Shown here piece after piece: positions 21,101 to 30,448 of a stretch of DNA of 64,000 nucleotides (position 1 is its first letter; each line of letters starts with the position of its first letter). The notes below the pieces were generated by a model that ran no database searches, was not told the origin of the DNA, and worked only from the letters and a program-made list of their open reading frames with translations. Location of the stretch: contig JACRKZ010000018.1 in assembly GCA_016235455.1 (NCBI GenBank), positions 66,524-130,523 on the forward strand, read 5' to 3'. Both the position numbers and the translations under genes were made by a program. The stretch comes from Armatimonadota bacterium (GTDB lineage Bacteria > Armatimonadota > UBA10988).

Positions 21101-21580
21101 GGCGAGATCACCTGCGACAGCGAGATCGGCCGCGGCACCACCTTCACCATCCGGCTGCCACTGGCCAACGGCGCCACGGCCGAAGCCCAAGGCGATGATG
21201 TCGAGCCCAGTCGCGGGACGGAGACCGTGCTGATGGTGGAGGACGAGCAATCGGTCCGCACCATCGCCAGCCGGCTCCTGCAGGGTCTCGGCTACACGGT
21301 CATCGAGGCCGCTTCCGGCATGGAGGCGCTCGATCTGGCGAGCCGCTACGAGGGGCCCATCCATCTGCTCATCTCCGACATGGTCATGCCCGAGATGAAC
21401 GGCCTGGCCCTGGCCAACGCGCTGGCCGAGAAGCGGCCCGACACCAAGCTGCTGCTGATCACCGGCTACATCGGCGACCAGGCCTTCCAGGACGCCGAGG
21501 CCTTCGCCGCGCGGCCGCACTTGCATAAGCCGTTCACGCGCGGCGAACTGGCGGAGAAGATCCGCGACGTGCTGGACTGA
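18173..21580 (+). CDS. Hybrid sensor histidine kinase (2 TM, GAF, PAS, PAS, GAF, PAS, HisKA, HATPase, REC)
   Basis: [43 protein letters not shown]; receiver VEDE...SDMVMP...KPF. Confidence 0.93.
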   Translation: MTRSQRRWGIWAVFGSAIFLNMVAAAHLHWSPGGVNLSWPAAALSAAMMLLLGHRLWASARIERQDAELRWFYENQLVGQGGTVGEDYLWALTQHTASCFGADYVVVSELQPDGRTLRTAAAWAKGGAAPAATYTLANTPCEQVLANGLCVYPTGVRETFAAAPLLAELGVDSFIGVPILGDSSQPLGVLTIMHTAPLPPLTGHMVALLGIFASRVAAEMQQLRAERALRASQQLYHDLVEQASAIIVRWVPDGRLTFANNFALRFFGYEAEELLGQPLIGTIIPPVDEAGTDLERMLDAIAVDPERYATNQNENMRRDGTRVWVAWSNVAVYDEDGDIIEFVSVGFDMTALRQAEAEVRANAERVRATLDMSPFGAIVFELDGDDNLRVVGYSRAASQILGADLSAMRGLTLEEAFPPLAATDIPAIGRRLASEGGTWVDPQVPYAHGNVAGSYQCYAYQTEPRHVAVMFHETSERDLIQAKLYRRNREVNLLNRIISTSSAEMDPSAVLRLACEELADVLDMPYAAAAIVDERELNLQFLADCRPAGEPSLVRRLLPLADIPTLAAAWSRGEPLCAWNAGQMAATMDPAVLALRSAECCVALPLMVEGEAVGCLFLLDIAPRELPDDDMALAWGVAQQLASALARSRLTASRRHLAVAIEQTPDSIVVTDPQGYIQYVNPSFETITGYGAAEVIGRSTRILKSGLHDESHYQHLWQTITAGRVWEGRLINRKRDGNTFTESAVIAPVRDETGAIINYIAVKRDMTDELEREEHYRQAQKMESIGRLAGGIAHDFNNILTAMIGHAESADEMLGARHPAREEIAGVLAASQRAASLTRQLLAFARRQVVQPVVFDLGGMASGLSNMLRRLIGEDIDLRVAASPDELPVLADAGQMEQVLVNLTVNARDAMPNGGSLVVRASRDGDSARLSVTDTGTGIPAHVLPRIFDPFFTTKPEGQGTGLGLATCYGIVQQAGGEITCDSEIGRGTTFTIRLPLANGATAEAQGDDVEPSRGTETVLMVEDEQSVRTIASRLLQGLGYTVIEAASGMEALDLASRYEGPIHLLISDMVMPEMNGLALANALAEKRPDTKLLLITGYIGDQAFQDAEAFAARPHLHKPFTRGELAEKIRDVLD

Positions 21581-21590
21581 GACCAGGCAC

Positions 21591-21672
21591 GCCGGCGGCC
21601 GGGCGCGGTCAACCGGCTCAAGGGACCCCCACGCCGCTGCGCAAGGGCCCCTTGAACGTGGCCGCCGCCGGC
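21591..21672. terminator. Long imperfect inverted repeat between convergent genes
   Basis: GCCGGCGGC 21591 / GCCGCCGGC 21664-21672 and TCAAGGG 21618-21624 / CCCTTGA 21649-21655. Confidence 0.4.
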
Positions 21673-21690
21673 CAGCCGCGGTCTCGGCGG

Positions 21691-23304
21691 CTACAGACCT
21701 GCGTTCAGCAGGCGCGCGGCAGCGTCCTTCTGCGGCTTGGTCGGCTGCTCGCCCACGCCAAGGCGGTCGTAGACGAACGCCACGTCCGGCCTGGGCTGAC
21801 CATTGGCTACCGTGGCGACCGACCGCTTCGTCAGGCTGCGCACGGCGATGAGCCCGGCACGGTATTCGGCGGCCGGCGCCGCCAACGCCTGCACCTCCGG
21901 TGCGCCCAGGTTGACTTCGACGCCGGACAGGCAGGGCACAAAACTGGGCGTGCCCTCCCCGACCGCCGAAATCTGGGCATCGACCGCGCCCATCGCGCTC
22001 ACCGTCGAGATGTCGAACCCGTTGATGGCCGCGGGGAACAAGCCGGCCAGCGTGCTCACAGCGCCCAGGTCGACCCCTAGGATCTGGATCTCCATCGATG
22101 TGCGCGCGTTCTCGACTGTCGCCTTAGCCGCGATCACCAGCGCGTCGACCGAGTTCTCCGAGGAGACGAAGCGGATGAACGTCTGGAATCCTCGCGCGTA
22201 GCGCTCATTCAAGATCAGGCTGTTGGCCTGGCCGGGGCAGCCGTATTCCTGGAGAAAGCCGTAACGGCAGTAGCGCGCGCTGGACTTGGAGGAGACATCC
22301 ACCAGCCCCGCCGCGCCGGCCGCCAAAGCCAGGCTGGCGCTCACCTCGCTGAAGTAGGTCCTGTGGTTCGGCGGACCCACCAGCACCGCGGGCCAGGCGC
22401 CGATGCGGATGCGGTCTGGGTTGGCGGTCAGGCGCTCCAGGGCAGGAACGACTCCGTTCTCCCGCACATAGGGCGGCACATCGACCATCCACGGCACCAG
22501 CTGATCCCGAGCATCGGGCATTGGCTTGGTGCCACCCAGGATCTCCGTGGCGCGCTGCTTCTGTAGGGTGGTAGGCTTACGGTCCGGGCGGACGCCCAAC
22601 CGGTGGTAGATGGCTGCCACGGACAGCGCGTCGACCGTCAACGGGCAACGGCGCACGGCATCCCACGGCAACCCCGGCGAGGCCGTGGCCTCCTCGGCGC
22701 TCCAGCCCTTTGCCAGGCTGTTGAGCGCCCAGCAAGCGGTCTCTAGCGGGTCGTACTCCGTGGGCGACAGCTCGAACACGGCTCCGGGCTGAGCGGCCGG
22801 CGTCGCGTTGGCGGCATTCTCGACGCACCATTTGGTGGCCGTGCTGAACGCTTCGGCGAACGGCCGCACGCTGCTGGCGTTGAGCTGCGAGTTCCCCGCG
22901 GCCTGCACCGCCAAGGTGGCGTCGTTGGGCAGGCCGCGAGCGTCGGTCAGCACCTGGTTGCCCTTGCCCGCTACCTGCGCACTGGCCACAGCCGCACCGA
23001 TGCTGCCATGGCCGTCCTGCGTGGCAATGCCGGCGATCAGCCACCGCCCACACGCATAGTCCTGCTGCGTGACGTCGGTGAAGATCACCGGATGCGTCGA
23101 TGAGATCTCCAAGGTGTAGCGCGCCACGGCAGCGCTGACCTTGCCGATGTAGACCGCGTAGGCGGCGCTGACCGAGGACTCGATGTCCATCGACATCACC
23201 GCCACCCTGGTGTACGGGTAGTACCACCTGCCGTTCACCTTCGCGGGAACTACCGGAGGGATGTTTCCGGGAGTGAGTGGGCACTGCTGCATCATCTTCT
23301 CCAT
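21691..23304 (-). CDS. Hypothetical protein with internal tandem duplication
   Basis: 537-aa ORF filling the gap between real genes. Repeated block IYHRLGV..KPT..QKQRATEIL / VYDRLGV..PT..QKDAAARLL. Start may be a later Met after GGAG. Confidence 0.75.
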   Translation of the reverse strand: MEKMMQQCPLTPGNIPPVVPAKVNGRWYYPYTRVAVMSMDIESSVSAAYAVYIGKVSAAVARYTLEISSTHPVIFTDVTQQDYACGRWLIAGIATQDGHGSIGAAVASAQVAGKGNQVLTDARGLPNDATLAVQAAGNSQLNASSVRPFAEAFSTATKWCVENAANATPAAQPGAVFELSPTEYDPLETACWALNSLAKGWSAEEATASPGLPWDAVRRCPLTVDALSVAAIYHRLGVRPDRKPTTLQKQRATEILGGTKPMPDARDQLVPWMVDVPPYVRENGVVPALERLTANPDRIRIGAWPAVLVGPPNHRTYFSEVSASLALAAGAAGLVDVSSKSSARYCRYGFLQEYGCPGQANSLILNERYARGFQTFIRFVSSENSVDALVIAAKATVENARTSMEIQILGVDLGAVSTLAGLFPAAINGFDISTVSAMGAVDAQISAVGEGTPSFVPCLSGVEVNLGAPEVQALAAPAAEYRAGLIAVRSLTKRSVATVANGQPRPDVAFVYDRLGVGEQPTKPQKDAAARLLNAGL

Positions 23305-23451
23305 TCGAGTCGTGAATAACGTCAGGCACCCTATCTTCAGGATACGCCGTTACTCTTGAGACTCCTCCTTGGCAGCGCAGGATTCTCCGCGAACCGTGAG
23401 CCGGGCAGGACCCGCCGACCGGCCGCCGAACCGTCGCGGCGGAGCACTGAT

Positions 23452-24411
23452 ATGCTGCGTATCTCCCTCGTCTCCGCCGCGACGTACGGACAACACGAGC
23501 GCACCATCGGCTCGTTCCACGGCACCGCCTTCTCGACCGCCTTCAATGGCTGGGACGAAGCGGCCGCGCAGTCGTTTGGCGGCACCTTCGTGCGCGCTGG
23601 CCGACGACTGGAGGGCGCGCGCGTGGTAAAGGTCTGGGATCCTGACCGCGACGCCGCCGAACGGCTGGCCCGCTCCTGCCACATCGACCAGGTGGTCGAC
23701 TCACCCGAAGCCGCCGCGGAGGGTGTCGACGCGCTCATCGTCGTCGACGACGGCTCGCGCGAGCAGTGGAGGCTGGCCCTGCCGGCCTTGGCCAAGGGTC
23801 TGCCGGTGTTCATCGACAAGCCGCTGGCCGTACGCGCCGCCGAGGCGCGGGCGGTGCTCGACTTCGCCGCCGCGCACCAGGCGCCGGTCATGTCGGCCTC
23901 GTCGCTGCGCTACGTGCCCGACATCCAGGCGCTGCGGGCCGAGGCCGGCGCACTGGGCAACGTCTCGATGGCCACCACCATCTGCGGCAACGAATTGGTC
24001 TACTACGGAATCCACGCGCTGGAGATGGCCTACGAGGTGCTGGGCGACGCCATGCGCGGGCAGGCGCGGTCGGTGCTCAATGTCGGCCAGGACGGTCGGA
24101 ACATCTGCCGTGTGCGCTATGCCAGCGGGCTGGACCTGGTGCTGATGGTGGCCGAAGGCGAGTACATGCAGGCCAGCTACCAGCTGAGCGTGTTCGGCCG
24201 GTCGGGCTGGCGGACGGTGCAACCCGACCTGACCGACCTGTATTACTTCCTGCTCGAACGCTTCCTGGACCTCGTGCGCGGCGGCCAGCCGCCCGTGTCG
24301 ATCGACGAGATGCACGAGGTCATCGCCGTGCTCGAAGCCGGCAAGCGATCCCTGGCCATCGGCGCCGAGGTCGACGTGCGCGCTGTGTTGGCCGAGCGTC
24401 AGGCGCTGTGA
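23452..24411 (+). CDS. Gfo/Idh/MocA family oxidoreductase
   Basis: PVFIDKPLA, MSASSLRY, YYGIHALE; GGAG before ATG 23452. Confidence 0.85.
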   Translation: MLRISLVSAATYGQHERTIGSFHGTAFSTAFNGWDEAAAQSFGGTFVRAGRRLEGARVVKVWDPDRDAAERLARSCHIDQVVDSPEAAAEGVDALIVVDDGSREQWRLALPALAKGLPVFIDKPLAVRAAEARAVLDFAAAHQAPVMSASSLRYVPDIQALRAEAGALGNVSMATTICGNELVYYGIHALEMAYEVLGDAMRGQARSVLNVGQDGRNICRVRYASGLDLVLMVAEGEYMQASYQLSVFGRSGWRTVQPDLTDLYYFLLERFLDLVRGGQPPVSIDEMHEVIAVLEAGKRSLAIGAEVDVRAVLAERQAL

Positions 24412-24413
24412 TC

Positions 24414-25460
24414 TCAGGCGCGGGCCGCGATCGTCACCGGACGGCCACCGTGGGCGCTGTCGTAGACGGCCTCGCCGATGCGTAGCGCCTCGTAGCTGTC
24501 CCACAGGTCCGGCCCGCTGTGCTCGCGGCCCAGGCAGCGTAGCGCGAAGTGGCGGGTCTCGCCCAGGTAGCCATACTGCTCGCGACTGTTGTTCACGCCA
24601 GTCCAACTCGGGCGATAGTCGAGGCTGAATGGGCCAGTGCCGGGCACGGCGGTTGACCAGTCGGTCGCCGGCAGCCAGCGCACGGTGCGCATGTCCTCGA
24701 CCTGCACACACTGGCCCGCGCCGTACACCTCCAGCCGCTCCTGGATGTCGCGGAAGCCCTGGGTGTTCTCGTAGCAGTTCAGGTTGATCTGGCCCACGGC
24801 GCCGCTGCGGTAGCGCAGGTGGATCAGGTAGGCGCAGCGGCCTTCGCCGGCCTCGTGGAAGATCGCGCTGACCTCGGCCACCTCGCCGCCGACCCAGCGG
24901 GCCAGATCGAAGATGTGCACGCACTGGCCGATCAGGAACGCCCGGTGGTAGCTGTCGATGCCCCACAGCTCGGGATAGGGCCCCTGGCCGAACTTGATGG
25001 ACACCAGGTGCGTCGGCCCGAAATCCGGCCGCGCCTGGATCTCCTGGGTCACGCGGTAGACATGCGCGAAGCGTTTCATGAACCCGCACTGGCCCCAGAC
25101 ACCGCGCGCCGCGGCCAGTTCGGCCAACTCGCGAGCCTGTGCGCTGGTCACGGCCGAGGGCTTCTCCGTGTAGACCGGCAGTCCGCGCTCGAGCACCATG
25201 GGCGCCAACTCGTACTGCTGCGGCGCCGGGCCGATAACGAAGACACCATCCAGTTCCTCGCGGTCGAGCATCTCCTCGGCGTTCTGGTAGCAGCGCCGGG
25301 CGCCAAAGTTCCGCCCGGCACGCTCGGCGCGTTCGCCGACCACATCGCATACAGCCGCCAGGTCGATCTCCGGGATCGACGGCACGCAGGGCATGATGGA
25401 CGTAGAGGCAAAGCCGCCGCAGCCAATGAATGCCAGGCGTGCACGGTCACGTTCAGCCAT
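24414..25460 (-). CDS. Gfo/Idh/MocA family oxidoreductase
   Basis: FIGCGGFA Rossmann motif, VYTEKP, GFMKRF, HIFDL. Confidence 0.9.
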   Translation of the reverse strand: MAERDRARLAFIGCGGFASTSIMPCVPSIPEIDLAAVCDVVGERAERAGRNFGARRCYQNAEEMLDREELDGVFVIGPAPQQYELAPMVLERGLPVYTEKPSAVTSAQARELAELAAARGVWGQCGFMKRFAHVYRVTQEIQARPDFGPTHLVSIKFGQGPYPELWGIDSYHRAFLIGQCVHIFDLARWVGGEVAEVSAIFHEAGEGRCAYLIHLRYRSGAVGQINLNCYENTQGFRDIQERLEVYGAGQCVQVEDMRTVRWLPATDWSTAVPGTGPFSLDYRPSWTGVNNSREQYGYLGETRHFALRCLGREHSGPDLWDSYEALRIGEAVYDSAHGGRPVTIAARA

Positions 25461-25481
25461 CGGAGCTCTCCTTGGCCTGTC

Positions 25482-27101
25482 TCAGGCCTCATCCAGGAAC
25501 CGCCAGCCCCGCAGCGTCGCCTCGTCGAAGGGCAGGCCGAGCAGCAGCGCGCGGGCCGCGGCGATGGGCATGCAACCCGCGCGGATGAACCCGTCGTGGA
25601 ACTGCCGCGGGGTCTGGCCCTGGGCCAGCGCTTCGCGGTAGGCACGCCTCACTTGCAGCCCGCCCAGCAGGTAGGCCGCCTGGTACAGCGCGTCGTAGTC
25701 GCCGCCGAGCGAGCGCCGCACCTCGCCGCGCGCGTTGTCTGGCTCATGGCCGACCTCGTGGATGAGCATTTCGACGCACTGCTCGGCGCTGCGCAGGCCC
25801 AGGTGGAACTCGATCGAGAAGACGATACGCGCGGCGCGATGCAGCCGCCAGAACAGCATACCGACACGATTCTCCGGGCTTTGGGGGTAGCCGCGTTCGT
25901 ACAGCAGCATCTCCCAGTGCAGCGGCCACCCTTCCACCCAGAACGGGTTGTAGAACAGCCGGCGGTGGGTGTTGAGCCGGTCGCCCCAGTACGATTGCAT
26001 GAAGTGGCCGGGGATCAGCTCGTGCTGCACCGTGGCGCGGCAGAAGTGCCGGTTGTTGCCGCGCAGGCTCATCAGCTTGGCCTCGTGCGGCATCTCGCTG
26101 GTCGGGAATGAGATGATGATCTGCTCGCCGCCGAGGAAGAACGGGTTCACCTTCTGGCGCTCGGCGCTCATCATGCTCATTCGCCAACCATCGCGCGCCG
26201 TGTCGGGCACGGTCAGCAGGTCGTTGCCCTCCAGGTAGCCGATGGCCTCCACCGCCAGATCGCGCACCAGCGCCGGCTGCTGGCCCGGCGGCACATGGTC
26301 GTTCTTGACGCGCTCCAGCGCCGCGCGCCAGTCGTCGCCCAGCCCCATCTCAGCCGCCGCGGCGCGCAGTTCGCCCAGGCAGAAGTCCATCTGCGCGCGG
26401 CCCACGGCCACCAGTTCCTCAGGCTCATAGGGCACCCAGGTGGCGGCCAACTCCTCGACCAGGCCATGCCGGCCGATGGGATCGCCGACGATGACCGCCT
26501 CGTCATCAAGCCCGGCCAGCCGCTTCTGCTCGTCGATGAAGGAGCCCAGCGCCTTGACCAGGGCGGCCATCGGCGCGGCGCACCACCAGCTGTAGAGCGG
26601 GTCGTAGCCGGCATAGAACGTGTCGAAGTCGGCCAGGGCCGTCTTCACCCGCTCTACCGCCTTGACCGCGCGGCTACGCAGCACGGCGCTGACCTCGCCC
26701 GGCTCCGCGCTCTTGAGGCACGCCTCCGCCTGGCCGGCGGCCCGGGCCAGCACCTCCGCCGCGGCGCGGGGGTCGAGATCGTCCATGCGGCGGCGCTGGT
26801 CGTCGAGCTGCGCCAGCGGCATCAGGAACGGCGCCAGCGGGGCGATCTCGCGCTGTCGGGTCAAGTCACGCTCCAGGCGATGGGCGTGCAAGTCGAGCCA
26901 GTTGAGCGCCAAGAGGCGGTCGAGCTGGTCGTCGCGCGCGAGGTCGACCGCGGGCAGCGCGTCGAGCCGCTGCCGCCAGCTGGATAGCAGGCGTTGCCCG
27001 CGCAGCGCCTGCTCGGGTGAGCACTCCAGCGAGAACTGACGGCCGAGCCACCGGAAGTCGGCAGCCAGCGCGGTCAGCAGGTCGGCCATTCGGTCAGACA
27101 T
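25482..27101 (-). CDS. DUF885 family protein
   Basis: IVGDPIGR, NPFFLGGE, HELIPGH, EGWPLHWE, WRLHRAARI, YQAAYLLGG; ATG overlaps the upstream TGA, with GGAGGTG SD. Confidence 0.85.
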   Translation of the reverse strand: MSDRMADLLTALAADFRWLGRQFSLECSPEQALRGQRLLSSWRQRLDALPAVDLARDDQLDRLLALNWLDLHAHRLERDLTRQREIAPLAPFLMPLAQLDDQRRRMDDLDPRAAAEVLARAAGQAEACLKSAEPGEVSAVLRSRAVKAVERVKTALADFDTFYAGYDPLYSWWCAAPMAALVKALGSFIDEQKRLAGLDDEAVIVGDPIGRHGLVEELAATWVPYEPEELVAVGRAQMDFCLGELRAAAAEMGLGDDWRAALERVKNDHVPPGQQPALVRDLAVEAIGYLEGNDLLTVPDTARDGWRMSMMSAERQKVNPFFLGGEQIIISFPTSEMPHEAKLMSLRGNNRHFCRATVQHELIPGHFMQSYWGDRLNTHRRLFYNPFWVEGWPLHWEMLLYERGYPQSPENRVGMLFWRLHRAARIVFSIEFHLGLRSAEQCVEMLIHEVGHEPDNARGEVRRSLGGDYDALYQAAYLLGGLQVRRAYREALAQGQTPRQFHDGFIRAGCMPIAAARALLLGLPFDEATLRGWRFLDEA

Positions 27102-27862
27102 CACACCTCCCACGGTTCGGTCTTCGCCGCGCGTTCCGCCTCACGCAGTGCCGCCTGCGCGGCCTGAACATCGACGGTGGCTTGGATGGCATCCTCAGAG
27201 ACCTCGTCGTTCATCTCCACGGCGATGCGCCGCACCTCTTCTTCGGTCGGCCCGCCGCGCTTGTCGCGCCAGGCCATCTCCTCGGCGTAGGCTTGCTCAA
27301 ACTCCGCGACGAAGTTCTCGGCCACCGCGGGTTTGCGGCCATCCGGCCGCACGGCCTCGGCCCACAGTTCCACGATGCGCGGCACATCGGCGCCAACTTC
27401 GATGGCCCGGTCCTTGCCCGGCATGGGGTCCAGTTTGTCCACATGCGGCGAGTTGGTGGCGGTCAGCCCGCCGCCGTCGGCGTAGCGCGTGACCACATCC
27501 ACCCACACGCCCATGCCGGGATAGTCATAGACCACCGACCAGCTGGATTCGCCGGGGTTGACCAGCGCCTCGATGGTCAGGCCTGGCATGGCATCGACGG
27601 TATAGGCGCCAATCGGCTCGTGGCCAGCGGCCTGCAGGGCCTCGATCTGCCGAGCCACGGTCTGTGGCTCCGACCACTCGGGCTCGGGCTCCGCAGCGAG
27701 GTGGATCTCAGCCGGGTTCATGCCCTGACCCAGCTCCTCCAGCCCCTCGGCCAGCCCGCCGAGCGCTTTGAGCAGCTTCCAGCGCAGGAACAGCAGCCCC
27801 AGGACGACCAGCGCGACGAGCCCAATCACCAACAGCAGGAACACCTTGATGACATCGCCCAT
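27101..27862 (-). CDS. Hypothetical N-terminally membrane-anchored acidic protein
   Basis: MGDVIKVFLLLVIGLVALVVLGLLFLRWK TM segment; AGGAGG SD; coupled to DUF885. Confidence 0.75.
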   Translation of the reverse strand: MGDVIKVFLLLVIGLVALVVLGLLFLRWKLLKALGGLAEGLEELGQGMNPAEIHLAAEPEPEWSEPQTVARQIEALQAAGHEPIGAYTVDAMPGLTIEALVNPGESSWSVVYDYPGMGVWVDVVTRYADGGGLTATNSPHVDKLDPMPGKDRAIEVGADVPRIVELWAEAVRPDGRKPAVAENFVAEFEQAYAEEMAWRDKRGGPTEEEVRRIAVEMNDEVSEDAIQATVDVQAAQAALREAERAAKTEPWEV

Positions 27863-27968
27863 GACGGCCTCCTGCCCCGCGCCATACGATTCGGCGCATG
27901 GGATTCCTCCCTTCGGAAGGAGACCGCTCAGCCACGCCGAACCGACCCGGCCGAGAGGAGTCGACTCG

Positions 27969-29468
27969 ATGCCCCTGTTGCGGGCCGCCGACATTGAGAA
28001 GCACTACCCGGGGGTGCGCGCGCTGGCTGGCGTAACGTTTGAGGTCGAAGCGGGTGAAGTCCACGCGCTGATCGGCGAGAACGGTGCAGGCAAGTCGACG
28101 CTGATCAAAATCATCACCGGCGCGGTCACGCCCGATGCCGGCACGCTGTCGCTCGATGGCGAGCTTCTGGTCGACCACAACCCACAGACCGCCAAGGCAC
28201 GCGGTATCGCCGCCATCTACCAGCAGCCCGCCCTGTTCGGCACGCTCACCGTGGCCGAGAACCTCGCGTTGGGGTTGGAGGGTGCGGGCCTGTGGCGCCG
28301 CGTCGACTGGCGCGAGCGACGCCGCCGCGCGCAGGAGTTGCTGGACCGCGTCGGCGCGCGCATCGATCCCGACGCGCTGGCCGGCTCACTCTCGATGCCC
28401 GAGCAGCAGTTGGTCGAGATCGCCCGCGCCCTGGGCGCCAAGGCCCGCGTGCTCATCCTCGACGAGCCTACCGCCTGCCTGCCCGAGGGCGAGGTGGAGC
28501 GCCTCTTTGCCCTACTGGCCGAGCTCAAGGCGGCCGGCGTGGGGCTCATCTACATTTCCCACCGCCTCGACGAGCTGGCCCAGTTGGCCGACCGCGTCAC
28601 AGTGTTGCGCGACGGTCAGTATGTCACGACGCGGGCCATGAGCCAGGTGGACAAGCCCGAGCTCATCCGGCTCATGGTCGGGCGCGAGCTGAGCGGCGAG
28701 TCCAACGCGCCGGCGCGGCCCGCGGGCGCGCCGCTGCTGCAGCTCAGCGGCCTGGGCTGCGCGGTCAACGGCGTCCATGATGTCGATCTGACCATCCGCC
28801 GCGGCGAGATCCTTGGGCTGGCCGGCCTGGTCGGCTCGGGCCGCACGGAGTTGGCGCGCATCCTCTTCGGCCTGACGCCCGCCGATGCCGGCACGATGGC
28901 CTGGGACGGCCAGCCGGTGCGGCTCGAGACCCCAGCGCAAGCCATGGCCCAAGGCATCGCCTACGTGCCGGAGGACCGCCGCCGCCATGGCGTGGTGGGC
29001 CCGTTGTCGGTGACGGCCAACACGGCACTGACCGTGCTCGACCGGCTGGCCAAGGGCGGCCTGGTCGATGCCCGGCGCGAGGAGGATCTGGCCGTGGACC
29101 TGGGCCAGCGGCTGGACCTGCGCGCGGCCTCCATCCACACCACCGTGGGCACTCTGTCGGGCGGCAATCAGCAGAAGGTGGCGCTGGCGCGCTGGCTGGC
29201 CGCCGAGCCGGAGCTGTTCATCGTCGATGAGCCGACCCAGGGCATCGATGTCGGCGCCAAGAGCGAGATCCACCGCATACTGGGCGACCTGGCCGCGGCG
29301 GGCAAGGCGGTGCTGGTGGTGTCGTCCGACATGCCTGAAGTGCTGGCCGTCAGCGATCGCGTGGCAGTCATGCGCGAAGGCACCGTGGTCGGTACGCTGG
29401 CGCGCGGCGAAGCCACCCAGGAGCGCATTCTGGCGCTGGCGCTGGGCGGGGCGGAGGTGGTCGGATGA
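27969..29468 (+). CDS. Sugar ABC transporter ATP-binding protein (CUT2; RbsA/RhaT/LsrA-like)
   Basis: GENGAGKST, ILDEPT, YISHRL, LSGGNQQKV, DEPTQGIDVGAK; GAGGAG SD. Confidence 0.95.
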   Translation: MPLLRAADIEKHYPGVRALAGVTFEVEAGEVHALIGENGAGKSTLIKIITGAVTPDAGTLSLDGELLVDHNPQTAKARGIAAIYQQPALFGTLTVAENLALGLEGAGLWRRVDWRERRRRAQELLDRVGARIDPDALAGSLSMPEQQLVEIARALGAKARVLILDEPTACLPEGEVERLFALLAELKAAGVGLIYISHRLDELAQLADRVTVLRDGQYVTTRAMSQVDKPELIRLMVGRELSGESNAPARPAGAPLLQLSGLGCAVNGVHDVDLTIRRGEILGLAGLVGSGRTELARILFGLTPADAGTMAWDGQPVRLETPAQAMAQGIAYVPEDRRRHGVVGPLSVTANTALTVLDRLAKGGLVDARREEDLAVDLGQRLDLRAASIHTTVGTLSGGNQQKVALARWLAAEPELFIVDEPTQGIDVGAKSEIHRILGDLAAAGKAVLVVSSDMPEVLAVSDRVAVMREGTVVGTLARGEATQERILALALGGAEVVG

Positions 29469-30448
29469 AGTCTGCCGACCGACGAGTGCTGACCGTTGCG
29501 GGCGTGCTGGGAGTCCTGCTGCTCGGCCTGGCCGTGGCGGCGCCCGGCTTTTTCCAACTGGGTAATCTGCGCGACCTGATCGTCGACAACTCGCTGGTAC
29601 TGCTGCCGGCACTGGGCATGACCGCGGTCATCCTGTGCCACGAGATCGACCTGTCCGTCGGTTCGATCTTCGGTGTGTGTTGTGTGGTGGCGGGCGGACT
29701 GGCCCAGGCCGGCTTCCCCATGCCGGCACTGCTGCTGCTCATCCCGCTGCTCGGCGCGGCCTTTGGCGCACTCAACGCAGGGCTCGTGGTCGGCTTGGGC
29801 GTGCCGTCCATGATCGCCACGCTGGCCACCATGGTCGGCATTCGCGGCGCGCTCCAGTGGTTCACCCAGGGCGCCTGGGTCAATGACCTGCCCGCCGGCT
29901 TCCAGTGGTTCGGCCTCGGCCAGGCCGCCGGCCAGGCGTTGTTGGTTCTCGTGGCCGCGGCGCTCTGGCTGGCCTTGAGCTGGATGTTCGGGCAGGTGGC
30001 CGCCGGGCGCGCGCTGTACGCCGTCGGCGCCGATGCCGACGCGGCGAGGCTGGTCGGCATACGGCCCAAGGCGGTGGTCAGCGGCGCCTTCGTCTCGCTC
30101 GGTGCCCTGGCCGGCCTGGCGGCACTGCTGTCGTCGGCGCGCTTCACCTCCATTCAACCCAGCGCGGGCACGGGCATGGAGTTGCAGGTCATCGCCTGCG
30201 TGGTGGTTGGCGGCACGTCCATTCTCGGTGGCCGCGGCGGCCTGACCGGCACGCTGCTGGGCGTGGCACTGCTTGGCGTCATCGCCACCACGCTCATCTT
30301 CCTGCATGTCAACCCGGCCTGGGAGAAGGCCATCCAAGGCGCCATCATCCTCGTCGCCATGCTGGGCGCGCGCTCACACAGCGTCGACCGCCTGCCGGCG
30401 GAGCGACCGGTGGCCGGCCGCGTGCCTGGGAAGGTGGTGAGGCCATGA
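29465..30448 (+). CDS. Sugar ABC transporter permease
   Basis: IDLSVGS, GRALYAVG, ELQVIACVVVGGTSILGG; ATGA coupling. Confidence 0.93.
   Translation: MKSADRRVLTVAGVLGVLLLGLAVAAPGFFQLGNLRDLIVDNSLVLLPALGMTAVILCHEIDLSVGSIFGVCCVVAGGLAQAGFPMPALLLLIPLLGAAFGALNAGLVVGLGVPSMIATLATMVGIRGALQWFTQGAWVNDLPAGFQWFGLGQAAGQALLVLVAAALWLALSWMFGQVAAGRALYAVGADADAARLVGIRPKAVVSGAFVSLGALAGLAALLSSARFTSIQPSAGTGMELQVIACVVVGGTSILGGRGGLTGTLLGVALLGVIATTLIFLHVNPAWEKAIQGAIILVAMLGARSHSVDRLPAERPVAGRVPGKVVRP

Noticed and set aside
29905-30444. N-terminal extensions given by the ORF track (also 27768, 39737, 44273, 45441, 51181, 58317, 62809)
   Set aside because: They overlap neighbouring genes or lack homologous character; downstream starts have SD sequences or stop/start coupling.
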